A stretch of 64,000 nt of DNA from Octopus vulgaris (taxonomy: Eukaryota): positions 129,332,001 through 129,396,000 of the forward strand of contig OX597819.1 in assembly GCA_951406725.2 (NCBI GenBank), written 5' to 3'. A model generated the notes under the pieces. It worked only from the letters and a program-made list of their open reading frames with translations. It did not search any database and was not told the origin of the DNA. Both the position numbers and the translations under genes were made by a program. This document shows, piece by piece, positions 15,087-27,698 of this stretch; position 1 is the stretch's first letter, and each line of letters opens with the position of its first letter.

Positions 15087-16442
15087 ATTTATGTAATAAT
15101 TGAGATTCAGTTGAGTTAGGCACTTAAGTTGTAGCATCAAGTCGGTACGGTAATATCCATACCCCTCAAAGTAAGGTGACTAAAATCAAAATAAGCAACA
15201 GGATATCAAGTAGTGATGTAGTACGACTGTTTCAAGCAGCTCCATTTAATTGAACAATGCAATCATTACGTCAATTTAAATGCAGTGCCATCTTCAGCTG
15301 CACAAATAAATAAATAGAATCTTAACAAGTAGGACACATTAATATAATTTTTCTCGGATATTTTAACAGAACAAGATGATGGAAGACATTCATGTCGCTA
15401 TTGTCGCCAAGAGTAAACTACACTTCCAAGAATCGCATGAAGCCTATTGGGGTCATAGTGTTGTAAGGGATTGTAATTCATTTAATTCATTTATCTTTTC
15501 ATCAACTACTAAGTCTAAGACTAGAAAACTGTGTCTATTTTGAATAAAAGACAAGAGTAAGTTGACAACTCATGGCTAGGTATGGTCATAAGTATTATCG
15601 TATGTCTCCCTTTTACTCAGGGAGGAAATAAGACATTAGGAGAAGTCAATTGGATACAAGTAGCTGTCTATAAAAAGAGGCAGGGTAGGGTTAGGCTTTA
15701 AATCATGATGTTAATTAACAGTTACTTAGCGTTTCGATAAAAACAAACCGATAGAATAAGTACTAGGCATAAAAATAGGCTCTGGGTTCGAATTGTTCGA
15801 CTAAAACCCTTCAAAGCGGTGCTCCAGCATGGCCGCCATCAATCAAATGAGTGAAAAAAGTAAAAGAATGAAATCGTATATATATATATATATATATATA
15901 GATAGATAGATAAGAAAGTTGGTTTGTGAAAATGTAAATATAAAATAAAAGAGTAAAAACGACAGAGGCTTCTGTCGTTTTTTCACTCATTTTTTATAAA
16001 CTGGGACAAGAACGTATAAACATTTAGAATACGATATATAAAATATATATGTAAATGTAAAAAAATACACGGACAAGAACGTGGGACATTCGGACGACAT
16101 TCGAAGCCTTCAATCTTCAGTCAAGAACCGGATCATCTTCGCAATTTCGGCTGATTAATCTTGAGATTGCTCCAATCTGGCCAGCCCCAAAGGAAAATCT
16201 AAGCCAAGCGCATTAGATTCCTTGGAAGAAAGCCTCGAATGTATACAAAACAAGGACGGAAAACCGGACGATGTTACACGAATAAAAATACAAAAATACG
16301 TAAAAACAATAATGATAATAATAATAACAACAAAAACAGGAAGTCACAGACAGGCGTCTTTTCGACAGGACGAGTAAAATTTTGAGCTGGCGTTAGAAGA
16401 AATCCTGAGGGCTAAGAGAGAGAAAAAAAATGTGTCTTGCCG

Positions 16443-16487
<45 letters not shown>

Positions 16488-16593
16488 AGTCATTGCGTAG
16501 AATGAACTATGTGAACATATACAAGTTTGTGTGCATACATGCGCATATACACACATTCACGCCCACACACACACACGCACACATACAAACATT

Positions 16594-16594
<1 letters not shown>

Positions 16595-16659
<65 letters not shown>

Positions 16660-16678
16660 CACAGATAGACAGATAGAC

Positions 16679-16747
<69 letters not shown>

Positions 16748-16766
16748 CACAGATAGACAGACTGAC

Positions 16767-16859
<93 letters not shown>

Positions 16860-16882
16860 CACAGATAGACAGATAGACAGAC

Positions 16883-16962
<80 letters not shown>
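16595..16962. repeat. (AGAT)n tetranucleotide array with recurring acacagatagac interruptions
   Basis: Direct inspection. Confidence 0.95.
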
Positions 16963-18054
16963 CATTGTGAAGAATGGACAAGTGCGTGTGTGTGTGTGTG
17001 TGTGTGTATGTGTCTGTGTGTGTGATAGTATGGTAAAACCTATATCATCCCTTTATTTTAGAACTGATGGTTTGATTTTCGGAATGAAATTAATGGGGTT
17101 TTCTTTTATTTTTCATTTCTTTATTTTTCCTTTCAAGCAAGAATGCAAATGTTGGTTTTCGTTAAAAAAAGCTTCTTCCCCCACCACCATCACCACCACC
17201 ACCAACACCACCACCACCACCACCACAACCCCATTATTTCTCATTCGTTTAATTTTGAAAATCACAAATTGCTGAACGGTGCCTATTGTCTGCCGGAGAA
17301 TTGTGGATTCTGTGTCGGGAAATGGCTGCCTAAAGTAGAAACGAAGAGCAGAACTAATTTTGATTGATGAATTAATTGATTTCACGTGAGAACAATTTCA
17401 AAAAAATAATTAGAGCAAAGTTTAAAATAAAATGACTGCTGCTGTTGTTGTTGTTGTTGTTGTTGTTGTTGTAGTTGTTGTTGCTGCTGTTGTTTGTTGT
17501 TGTTGCCGTTGTTGTTGCTGTGGTTGTTTTAACCGCAGGACAAACCTGCGAAGAGCAACGATCAGACACATCCAACAATATAATCGTCCCATCTTCTTGT
17601 AGACATTTTTCGATGGAACGTGCATAATCAAATGAATCTTTCCTCTTTTTTCTTTTTTATTCTTTTTCTTTCATTTTCAAGATGTTTAGACGTGTTTTCA
17701 AGAAAGCTTTGTCTGCTATTTCTAGCAGATCGATCGACCATGTGGAGGTTTTCACAGTGGCTCGAGAATACAGGGATGCTTCGTTGGAAGAAAGTAAAGA
17801 TGTGGAGCAGAACTAAAGATGATGAATTAATTAAACTTATTGATTTCACATGAGAGCAAGTTTAAAATAGAAAGATTTTATGCATTTGGCGTTAAATGGT
17901 TCTTTCATTTATCTCCCTTGACGGGGACCACATGAAGCATAAATAAAAACTAAATTAACGAATAAACCTAATAATGTAAAGATTTTTACATTTCCATGGA
18001 TGTAAGGAGAGCCACCAGCGCCCAAGTGGATAGAACAACGGTAACTAACATTGG

Positions 18055-18283
18055 AGGCGAGCTGGCAGAAACGTTAGCACGCCGGACGAAATGTGTGGCC
18101 GTATTTCGCCTGCTGTTACGCTCTGAGTTCAAATTCCGCCGAGGTCGACTTTGCCTTTCATCCTTTCGGGGTCGATAAATTAAGTACCAGTTACGCACTG
18201 GGGTCGATGTAATCGACTTGATCCGTTTGTCTGTCCTTGTCTGTCCCCTCTATGTTTAGCCCCTTGTGGGTAGTAAAGAAATA
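18055..18283 (+). mobile_element. SINE family A, intact copy with a 17-bp TSD
   Basis: ggtaactaacattggag at 18040-18056 and 18284-18300. Head ggcgagctggcagaa...gagttcaaattcc. Confidence 0.9.
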
Positions 18284-18350
18284 GGTAACTAACATTGGAG
18301 ATACCTACTGACCTAAGGAACATAGAACAAAAATGCAAGACAACAATAAA

Positions 18351-19360
18351 AACAAGAACACTCAGAGAGCGCAAACCTCTGCCAAAGCAATACCAACGTC
18401 CTCTCAACGATTAACCGGACATGATTTTTAAAATGAGAATATCTCAGATAAATTCGACTGCTCTCACAAACGAGAATACTAAAGATGAACCCGATCGCTC
18501 TCAGAAATTAAGATTAAAACCCGGAAAAATAATCTAGAATCCTTGTCCGGTACCAGATCAGTCCCAATGGTGGTCACGGAATGTGAAGGTGGGTGAGCAG
18601 ACCATGTTTGTAATGCTTGTCTTCTGCAGTGAGAACAGGGACAGTTTTCTCTATGAAGGCTTTTTTTAGTTTATTCTCTGATATAGTGTCTTTACGACCA
18701 TTGACCATTGAGGGCTATAGTGGACATTTATCCGTACCTGAAAGAAAACGGAAAGGACCTGCATAAGGTGCTGTTAACGGAGGTTTAACAATATGGTTGC
18801 GCACAAAAAAGTGAGTCGAAGAAGTAAAGCTTCCTTCAAGGCAGAAGGAGCGATATACTCAAAATTGGTAAAACTAAAAATTGTCGAGGATAAATTAAGT
18901 CTATTATTGCTACTGAATATGTTAAGTGTTATATAATTTCTGAACGGTTTTGTTGCCGTTTGTTCATGTAGTTTGATTTCTTTATCAATCAGTTTCTACT
19001 AAGATAAAGACGCAAGAAAAATTAACAATAGAGAAACGAGAATAAAACTTTGGAAACAGCAACGCCACCATAACTTACGTGGAAACCATGAGCGTGCTTT
19101 CAAGGGAGATAATCAGAGAAAGACTTGAAAGTCAACGTAAGATCGTAATACTTCGTGTAAAGTAAATGTAAAAAATAATCCAGAATCCTTGTCCAGAACT
19201 GGATCGATTCCAAAATCTAATCAGTTCGTGCCAGTCACGAGGCCAAACATACCTGAAAGTTTCATCTGAATCCATCCAGCGGTTCTTGAGATATCTTGTC
19301 CACGAACAAACAAAGACGACTGAAAACAATATCTCTGCCTTCGCTAAGGCGGAGGTAAAA
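18351..19360 (-). mobile_element. Helentron-type non-autonomous element (HINE-like) with unrelated internal sequence
   Basis: Subterminal inverted motif acctctgcc (~18375) / ggcggaggt (~19348), terminal hairpins, and an internal repeat aat.cagaatccttgtcc at ~18531 and ~19177. Confidence 0.5.
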
Positions 19361-19524
19361 ATAGATAAGAAGTCTGCTTCCCAATCACATAGTTCCGGGT
19401 CAGTCCCATTACGTGGTACCTTGAGCAAGTATCTTCTAGTATAGCTTCGGGTCGATCAAAGTCTTTTGGGTGGACTTGGTAGACAGAAACTTTAAGAAGC
19501 CTGTCGCACATACATACATGTGTA

Positions 19525-19629
<105 letters not shown>

Positions 19630-19654
19630 GTGTGTGTGTGTGTGTATGTATGTA

Positions 19655-20922
19655 CGAGGGGCGTTCAATAAGTAATGCCCCTGACCCACTTCCCATAGCA
19701 GTAGAGCAACGAAACTTGGCACAGTTATTAGTCTTTTTCTACATAGGAACCACCCAGACTTATGTATTTCTCCCATTGTTTGATGCAGCTCTGGAGAACG
19801 TTTTTGTAGAAGACCCCAGCTTGGGCCTCCAGCCACGACATGACTTCAGAAATCAAGGCTGCATCATCTAGGAAACGCTTTCCTTTCAAAAACAACTTCA
19901 TGGCTGGGAAGAGGTGAAAATCAGAGGGTGCAAGGTCAGGAGATGGGGGAGGAGTTCATAGCCACACGCCTGTGCTTCTGATCTGGCGACATGCGAGTTG
20001 TGGACCGGAGCGTTGTCCTGCAGGAGGAGGATGCCTTTGCTGATCTTGCCCCGCCTCTTGATTTTGATAGCTTCTCTTAATTTCCTCAAAAGTGAAGCAT
20101 AATAGGCTCCTGTAATTCTGGTACCCTTTGCCAGGAAATCTGTCATCACTACTCCGTCCTGGTCCCATGACCTTGCCAGCGGAGGGCTACACCCTTGCCT
20201 TCTTTGGAGGAGGTGAGTCACGGTGCTTCCACTGCATTGACTGGGCTTTGGTCTCTGGATCATAGTGATGGACCCGGGTTTCATCCTGTGTAATCAGTCT
20301 TTTGAAAAATTTTGACTCATCTTCTTGGCACATCTCCAAATTCATCCTCGAGCACTCGACGCGTTCTTGCTTCTGGAAAGGTGTGAGCAACCTGGGAATC
20401 CATCTGGCAGACACCTTTTGCATATGCAAATGGTCATAAATGATAGTTTCCACAGACCCGGTACTAATCTTGACCTCATGGGCTATTTGGCGAATAGTTA
20501 TGCGTCGATCTTCCAAAATGGCAGCCTCAACTTGACGGACAGATGCCTCATCAATGATAGAAGGGTACGACCAGATCTGGGAGCTGTTTCCACAGAGTTC
20601 CGACCATGTTTGAATTCATGATGCCAGCGTTTTACAAGGTCATATGATGGGGCATCATCTTCATAAGTTACTTTCATTTCATCAAAAGTCTCCCGGGGTG
20701 TGCGTCCTTTCAAATACAAAAACCGGATCACTGCTCGACACTCAACAGGCTCCATTTCACACTTGACTCAGTTCAAACACCTGTAAATCAGAAACCACAA
20801 TTAGTTCAGAGCTGTAATTTGCCACTTAATCTATAGAGATATAAATAATTGCATAAGCAAAATTTCAGCTAGATCAAACAAATGCAAGTGGGTCAGAGGC
20901 ATTACTTATTGAACGTCCCTCG
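19655..20922 (-). mobile_element. Full-length mariner element (irritans-like), frameshifted transposase ~20755-19720
   Basis: TIRs cgaggggcgttcaataagtaatgcccctgacccactt / aagtgggtcagaggcattacttattgaacgtccctcg with TA TSD. Motifs WIPRLLT, TQDETRVHHYDPE and LLQDNAPVH. Inserted in the microsatellite of a SINE B head (19362-19650). Confidence 0.95.
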
Positions 20923-20932
20923 TATGTATGTG

Positions 20933-21032
<100 letters not shown>

Positions 21033-21049
21033 GTATGGATGCATGTATG

Positions 21050-21083
<34 letters not shown>

Positions 21084-21115
21084 TGTATGTATATATATGT
21101 ATGGATGCATGTATG

Positions 21116-21149
<34 letters not shown>

Positions 21150-21155
21150 TGTATG

Positions 21156-21191
<36 letters not shown>

Positions 21192-21419
21192 TGTATGTAT
21201 GTATGTGTGTATGTATGTATGTAATCGTTTGTCTTACCATCCCCGTTGTATTCCTCTGAAACATGGACGTGTTATGTAAGACATTTCAAATTGTTAGACC
21301 GATTCCACCAACAAAGCCGTCGCTGCATTTTAAACATTACATGGTTTTGTTTTTTTTTACTCCAGACACAGATGTCTGTGCGTCTGCAGGCATCACTTCA
21401 ATTAAATCAATGATTCTGT

Positions 21420-21680
21420 AAAAATCAAATGAGATGGTTCTGGCCATGTTGTTCGAATGGCAGATGAACGCACACCCAAACAGCTGTTTTGTGGTGAGCG
21501 TGAGGAGGGGAAATGCAATCGGTGCAAACCATAAAAGGGATTTAAAGGCAGCATAAGAACTACCATAAAATCACTTGAAATGGACTCAAAGACCATAGAA
21601 ACCCTTGCTTCGGGTTGAGCTGGATGGCAAACTATAATATTAGTTAAGGGATGCATGCCCAAGTCAGTAAGATAACAGGC
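21420..21680 (+). mobile_element. RTE-clade LINE fragment
   Basis: Translates as QMRWSGHVVRMADERTPKQLFCGE, a typical RTE post-RT motif. Confidence 0.65.
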
Positions 21681-22267
21681 GGAAGCAGTTTGCCGTCCTG
21701 CCCTGTAACTACATGACAAACACATTGTTCTGGGATCGATCCCACTGCACAGCACGTCGAACAAGTGTTTTTTTTTGCCATAGCCTGTGTCGGTTTCGAC
21801 AATGAGGATCAATCAGTTGTTTGATCGACTCATCTGCATACTTGTTAAATTGGCGTGTAAGTGGGTAAGTATTCTGCTGACCATTGTATTCTGAACGTAA
21901 GTCTCGGGCAGAATCAGTGTGACACAATATAAGGCTATACTTTTGAACCACAGACACGATCGAACCGACAGACTTCTCCACAGTTTCTGTAAACTCAGTT
22001 TCGTTCACAAGGCTTGGATCGACCCAAGGTTATGATTGAAAATAAAAACCTAGCTTATCTAAGATGACACGCAAGGGATCGAAACCAAAACTTTTGGGTG
22101 GTACAAATGGACCAAACACATTTTGGTGAATGACCAAATCAGTAGAGGAGTAGAAAAATGACTGAGAAGACGGCAGTTCGAAACCTTTCGTCGTCAAACC
22201 GTTGTGTCTCATGGTTAAATCAGTTATCTCTTAAATAGCCGAGTTCAATACATTATCTTTGTCAAAA

Positions 22268-22487
22268 GGCGGCGAGCTGGCAGAAACGTTAGTACGCCGA
22301 GCGAAATATTTAGCGATATTTCGTCTGTCTTTACGTTCTGAGTTCAAATTTCGCCGAGGTCGACTTTGCCTTTCATCCTTTCGGAGCCGATAAATTAAGT
22401 ACCAGTTGCATACTGGGGTTTATCTAATCGACTGGCTCCCTCCCCCCCCAAAATTTCGGGCCTTGTGCCTAAAGTAGAAAAGAATAT
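22268..22487 (+). mobile_element. SINE family A
   Basis: ggcggcgagctggcagaaacgttag...gccgaggtcgactttgcctttcatcc. Confidence 0.85.
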
Positions 22488-22525
22488 ATCTTATTGCATC
22501 TATCTCTCTTTCTCTCTCTGTCTCC

Positions 22526-22584
<59 letters not shown>

Positions 22585-23619
22585 TATCTATCTATCTCTT
22601 TATCTATCTACCTCTCTATTTCTATCTCAATCTCTATCTCTATCTCTCTCTCTCCGATTTTTCTGCTCACAGCACCAAAATTTCAATTTACTATCAACTC
22701 TATTCTGCCAAAGATGTACAGAAATCCACCGTGAGTATATTTTTCTTTTCTGCGTTTCGTCAATATCTCACCAGCCGTCATACACATAAAGTGAAGTAGT
22801 TAAGTTGGGCGAAGTGTAGTAGTAGCCGAGTAGTTTAATAGTTGTACAACAAGTTAGTTGCCATCAAGAATAAAAACGAAATTTTCACGGAGCAAAAACG
22901 TCCTGGGGACAAAAGCGTCAGATGTGAAATAAGCCAACAAATGCAAAGTCATAACGGTTGTGTCAAAACGGCTGTACCAAAATGCCTCTTACCCTTAAGG
23001 GACACCGCTGTGACTATATATATGTTATATGCACCTCGTTTTACGATATGTCTCCGGTTTTTAAAATTGCATTTTTAGAGTACCAAAACTTGCCTCCGTC
23101 TCCTTGATTTCGCATTATTATAGAAAAATCTCGGAAATTATGTTTTGTGCACCTGCTTCAATGATATGGCTTCGGTTTTTAAAATAGTATTTTGGGGGTT
23201 AAGTATCAGAAATTGCTTCCGACTCCTTAATACGCTATTTGACATTACTATAGAATAGAGTCGGAAATTATCTTCTACGTCAAAAGACCGTTATTTCTTT
23301 GGGTTTGTATGTTTTAAGGGTTAGAGATTACAAATCTGCAAAACAAAAATTGAATAAATAAAAATAAAAATGAGAGGGGGTGTTTTTTTCTTAACCCCTC
23401 AAGTCATTTGGGAAGGGAGGGGATTTTTCAGATTTATGTTATGAATGATTTTAAAGAATCAAGGTCTCAAATACTTAAAAACATAAATCAAAAATAATAA
23501 AAACTAAAAATAAAAAATAAAACATAATAAATGAAAAATATAAAAAAAACATGATAAATCTAAAATAAAAAAAAAAAAAAAAAAATGTTTTTATTTAAAA
23601 AATAATAATAAATTTTTTT

Positions 23620-23990
23620 AGGCGTTGCTATGTGGTTAACATGCTTGCTTCCCAACTATGTGATCATGGGTTCGTCCCCACTGCGCGGCACTTTGGGCAA
23701 ATGTCTTCTACAAGAGCCGCGGACCGACTATTACTTTAGAGTGGATTTCATATACGGAAACTGAAAGATGTGTGTGTATGTGTGTGTGCCCGCGTGTGCT
23801 CGTGTGTGTGTGTGTGTGTGCTCGTGTGTCTGTGTGCGTGTGCTCGTGTGTGTGTGTGTGTGCTCGTGTGTGTGTGTGTGTGTGCTCATGTGTGTGCGTG
23901 TGCTCGTGTGTGTGTGTGCTCTCGTGTGTGTGTGTGAGTGTGCTCTCGTGTGTGTGTGTGTGTGTGTGCTCGTGTTTGTGTGTGTGTGTG

Positions 23991-24071
<81 letters not shown>

Positions 24072-24210
24072 ACAACTCCTGGCAAAAGAAGCCGATAAAA
24101 TAACAGGCTCCAAAATAAGTAGTAGGGACACGATATGTTCGACTAAAAAACCCTTCAGGGCGATGCCCCAGCATGGCCGCAGTACAATGACTGAAGCAAG
24201 TAAAAGAAGA
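23620..24210 (+). mobile_element. SINE family B with an expanded internal (GT)n/(gtgctc) tract
   Basis: Head ...gggttcgtcccactgcgcggcactttgggcaaatg; tail ccagcatggccgcagtacaatgactgaagcaagtaaaag. Confidence 0.75.
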
Positions 24211-24499
24211 TGAAACAAGATAAATGAAAGTCAAAACTGAATGGAGGGGGTGGGAGGTAAAACCCATCCTCAACCCAGCGTTTTTCCCTCTTTTTTCCAA
24301 TTTTTTTTTCTTTAGACTTGTCTCCTACGAAACGTACACACCCGAAGAAATTAGGGTTTTTGGAGCCCTGGATAACTTTCGACTCTATTCTATAGGAATT
24401 CCCACAATGATTGGAATCGAGACGCGATGTCCGCTGCCGGAAACCTTTCGTCAAAGGTTTACTCAATCTGGTCGGACCTTGAACTAAACAGCAACAGCA

Positions 24500-24880
24500 G
24501 TGGAGGCGCAATGGCCCAATGGTTAGGGCAGCGGATTCGCGGTCGGAGGGTCGCGGTTTCGATTCCCAGGCCGGGCGTTGTGTGTGTTTATTGAGCGAAA
24601 ATACCTAAAGCTCCACGACGCTCCGGCAGGGGGTGGGGGTGGCGACCCCTGTTGTATTCTTTCTCTCACTCTTTCTTCCTGTTTCTTGTCCGCGACTTCC
24701 TACGCAACCGCTGAGCCTGAATGCGCATTCATCCATCCATCCGTCGATGCTCTCGGTGTCGGGGGTTGACCTGCTTTCTCTTCTGCGGGTCTTACGAATA
24801 GAAAAGGACCACGTTTCGGACTTCTCCCAATAATAGGACGAAGACCGCTACGCTCAACAGCAACAGCAACAACAACAATA
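24500..24880 (+). mobile_element. SINE sharing the family C head but with a different 3' body
   Basis: About the first 170 bp match 6598. The body then diverges and ends in (aac)n. Confidence 0.75.
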
Positions 24881-25075
24881 ACAGAGCTCTCCAGTCTAGC
24901 CACAATAGATCACCATTAAGCTCTAAACAATGCATATAAGATTAGATTTAGTCCGGTCCTGCAAAACGAAAATAGAAACTGTATTCAATTTTAATTTTCT
25001 CTGCTGAATTCAAGATGCATGTTAATTCTACGCAGTACGAAAAGAGGGGGAGAAAAATCGATAAAACACATAAAC

Positions 25076-25095
25076 CACGTGTCACGTGGCACGTG
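25076..25095. promoter_or_regulatory. Triple tandem CACGTG E-box cluster (candidate bHLH-ZIP element)
   Basis: cacgtg-t-cacgtg-g-cacgtg, in sequence not recognised as a repeat. Confidence 0.35.
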
Positions 25096-25292
25096 ATATC
25101 GACCGCCGTTCTCCGCTCTCGTGCACTGTTCCTGTGCTGAATAGATATATTGGAAGATCCGTCCAACAACAACATCAAAAACAAATTTAGAAACACTACA
25201 CTTTTTTACAAGAAGGATTTCCCCTTTTGTTCTTAGTTGCTGTTTTATTATTATTATTATATACCATTTTGAATAGATTTCTTCACGAAGTG

Positions 25293-25580
25293 ACAGAGAG
25301 AGAGAGAGAGAAGGAGAGAGAGAGAGAGAAAGAGGGAGTGAGAGAGAGAGAGCGAAGGGGAGGGAAAGAGAGGTGTGGGGTGGGGAGAAAGTAAGGAGAG
25401 AATAGAAACCAGAGATAGGGAGAAAGGAGAAGAAGGAGAGAGATAGAGAGAGCGAGAGAGAGAGAGAGAAGGGGAGGGAAAGAGAGGTGGGGGTGGGGAG
25501 AAAGTAAGGAGAGAATAGAAACCAGAGATAGGGAGAAAGGAGAAGAAGGAGAGAGATAGAGAGAGCGAGAGATAAAACGA
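25293..25580. repeat. GA-rich tract with a ~120-bp tandem duplication
   Basis: gaaggggagggaaagagaggt...gaaagtaaggagagaatagaaaccagagataggg occurs twice. Confidence 0.85.
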
Positions 25581-25724
25581 GAAGAGTTCTGACATTTGAA
25601 ACCAGCCGGGGTAGGGGAGATAACTCAATTTACACGGAAATGGGAAACTGTTCTTTCACTCTATTAATAGAAAAACCCGATTCAGAACTCAACTGCTATC
25701 ATCACACGAACCCCAAAGACTATG

Positions 25725-25815
25725 ACTGCTGCTGCTACTACTACTACTACTACTACTTTTACTACTACTAGTACTACTACTACTACTACTGCTGCTGTTG
25801 CTGCTGCTGCTGCTC

Positions 25816-25854
<39 letters not shown>

Positions 25855-25855
25855 T

Positions 25856-25907
<52 letters not shown>

Positions 25908-26177
25908 GCTACTACTACTACTAACACCACCACCACCACCACCACCACCACAACTACTACTACTACTACTACTACTACCCATTATTCATCAACGAATGTC
26001 ATCGCCCCCTACGCTACACCGTAACTATCACAATTGCTATTGACACCACCACCCCCAACTGCACCACCACCATCATCACTACCACCCTTACAACTATCGT
26101 TACTACAACACCTACAACAACCAAGACACCAATGGAATGAAGTAACCCCAACTACTACCTACACACCCAACAATCAC

Positions 26178-26232
<55 letters not shown>
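25725..26232. repeat. (CTA)n/(CTG)n/(CCA)n trinucleotide tract followed by (TAG)n
   Basis: Direct inspection. Confidence 0.9.
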
Positions 26233-26730
26233 CAGCCAGCAAGTGAGCCCCTATCTGGTCAGTGGATCTGCTAGAAATAGCAACAAAATCATACCATGCT
26301 AAATTTGAAAAGTATGCATGGAATAATATAGCCCGACATAACTACTAACAGACGGAGTGATCATGCCTGGAACGCTTTTGATTATACATTTACAAGATGC
26401 CGTGGTTGACCTGTGACTAAATGACTACATTACACTTTCTACCAGTCTCTAAAGAGAAGGCTTCTAAGGCATTGCTCGTCCTATTAAACATAGCAAGCAA
26501 TTCTCCCTGAAATTGTACAATAACGTCGTTTCTGAAGGGAAACACAGATTGAGCGATTCCCGCTTGAATGCGAAGTGTACAACGCATAATAATAGTCTTT
26601 CGTTTTTAGGAGAGACAGCAGCAAATAGGGCGCGTATATACTGTATGCACCTTGCTTCGATTACAGGGCTTTGATTTGTGAATTTGCGAATTCTGGCTAC
26701 AAAAAATCACACCTGATATGTGTGTGTGTG

Positions 26731-26845
<115 letters not shown>

Positions 26846-27062
26846 GTATGTATATATATATATATATATGTATGTATATTTATGTATGTATTTATGAATA
26901 TGTATATATATATATATATGTATGTGTATATATATATTTATGTATATATATATATATGTATGCATATGTATGTGGTGCTATTAAGTTAGACATGGCCTGG
27001 GCCAATAATGGCCGAAACCTATCAAAGTATCAAAGTATATATGTATGTATATCCATATATTG

Positions 27063-27094
<32 letters not shown>

Positions 27095-27250
27095 TATACA
27101 ATATACATACATACAGACACACACACACACACACACACACAGATATATATATATAGTTAATCCAAACATGAACAAAGAGAAAACACAACGTGAGGATATG
27201 GAGCAAGTATAGTGTTATTGGACGCTCAGGAAAGGAAAGAAAGAAGGAGG

Positions 27251-27285
27251 ATTTAACGTTTCGAGCGGAGCTCTTCGTCAGAAAC
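27251..27285 (-). ncRNA. Minimal hammerhead ribozyme fold (C3-G8) in a ~200-bp TA-flanked repeat (27155-27360)
   Basis: Minus strand gttt-CTGACGA-a-gagc(tcc)gctc-GAAA-cg-T-T-aaat, with a palindromic stem III (ACGT). Confidence 0.7.
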
Positions 27286-27522
27286 ATAGGAAAACGAAAG
27301 ATCCAAGGAAGGGAAGACGGAGAAAGAAAGTCGCCACCGATACACACGAGGTCACATGTTGATATATATATATATATATATATATAAGAAAATAGTAAAG
27401 TGTGAAAAAACGACAGAAGGCTTAAATGTTAAAAAATATATATATTTGTGTCAAAATGTCTGGAGAATATTGGAAAAATTTTTTTTCCCTTTCCTTAAAA
27501 TGACATAATTTAAAAATTTTTA

Positions 27523-27562
27523 AAGAAATTACCGGTTTCGCGTGTAGCTTTTCAAATTTCTT
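27523..27562 (-). ncRNA. Minimal hammerhead ribozyme fold, U3-A8 core variant
   Basis: Minus strand aagaaat-TTGAAAA-gc(tacac)gc-GAAA-ccgg-T-A-atttctt gives a 7-bp stem I and a palindromic CCGG stem III loop. Confidence 0.7.
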
Positions 27563-27698
27563 GTGACGTTATGTTTATATTGCATGGAATTATCGTTGTT
27601 TTTATTTCCAGGAGATTTCTAAATAAGGGGAGGTAGTGAGTGATTTTTTCCGGTGTAGGGGAGATAATCGCTTAAAATTTTTTTTTCCCTTTTCCTTG

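Noticed and set aside
16090-16125. Hammerhead-like ctgaaga...gaat on the minus strand
   Set aside because: It has GAAT instead of GAAA, a poor stem II and no clear stem I.
22165-22205. Hammerhead-like ttgacga...gaac on the minus strand
   Set aside because: The 3-8 pair is unmatched and there is no GAAA or UH site.
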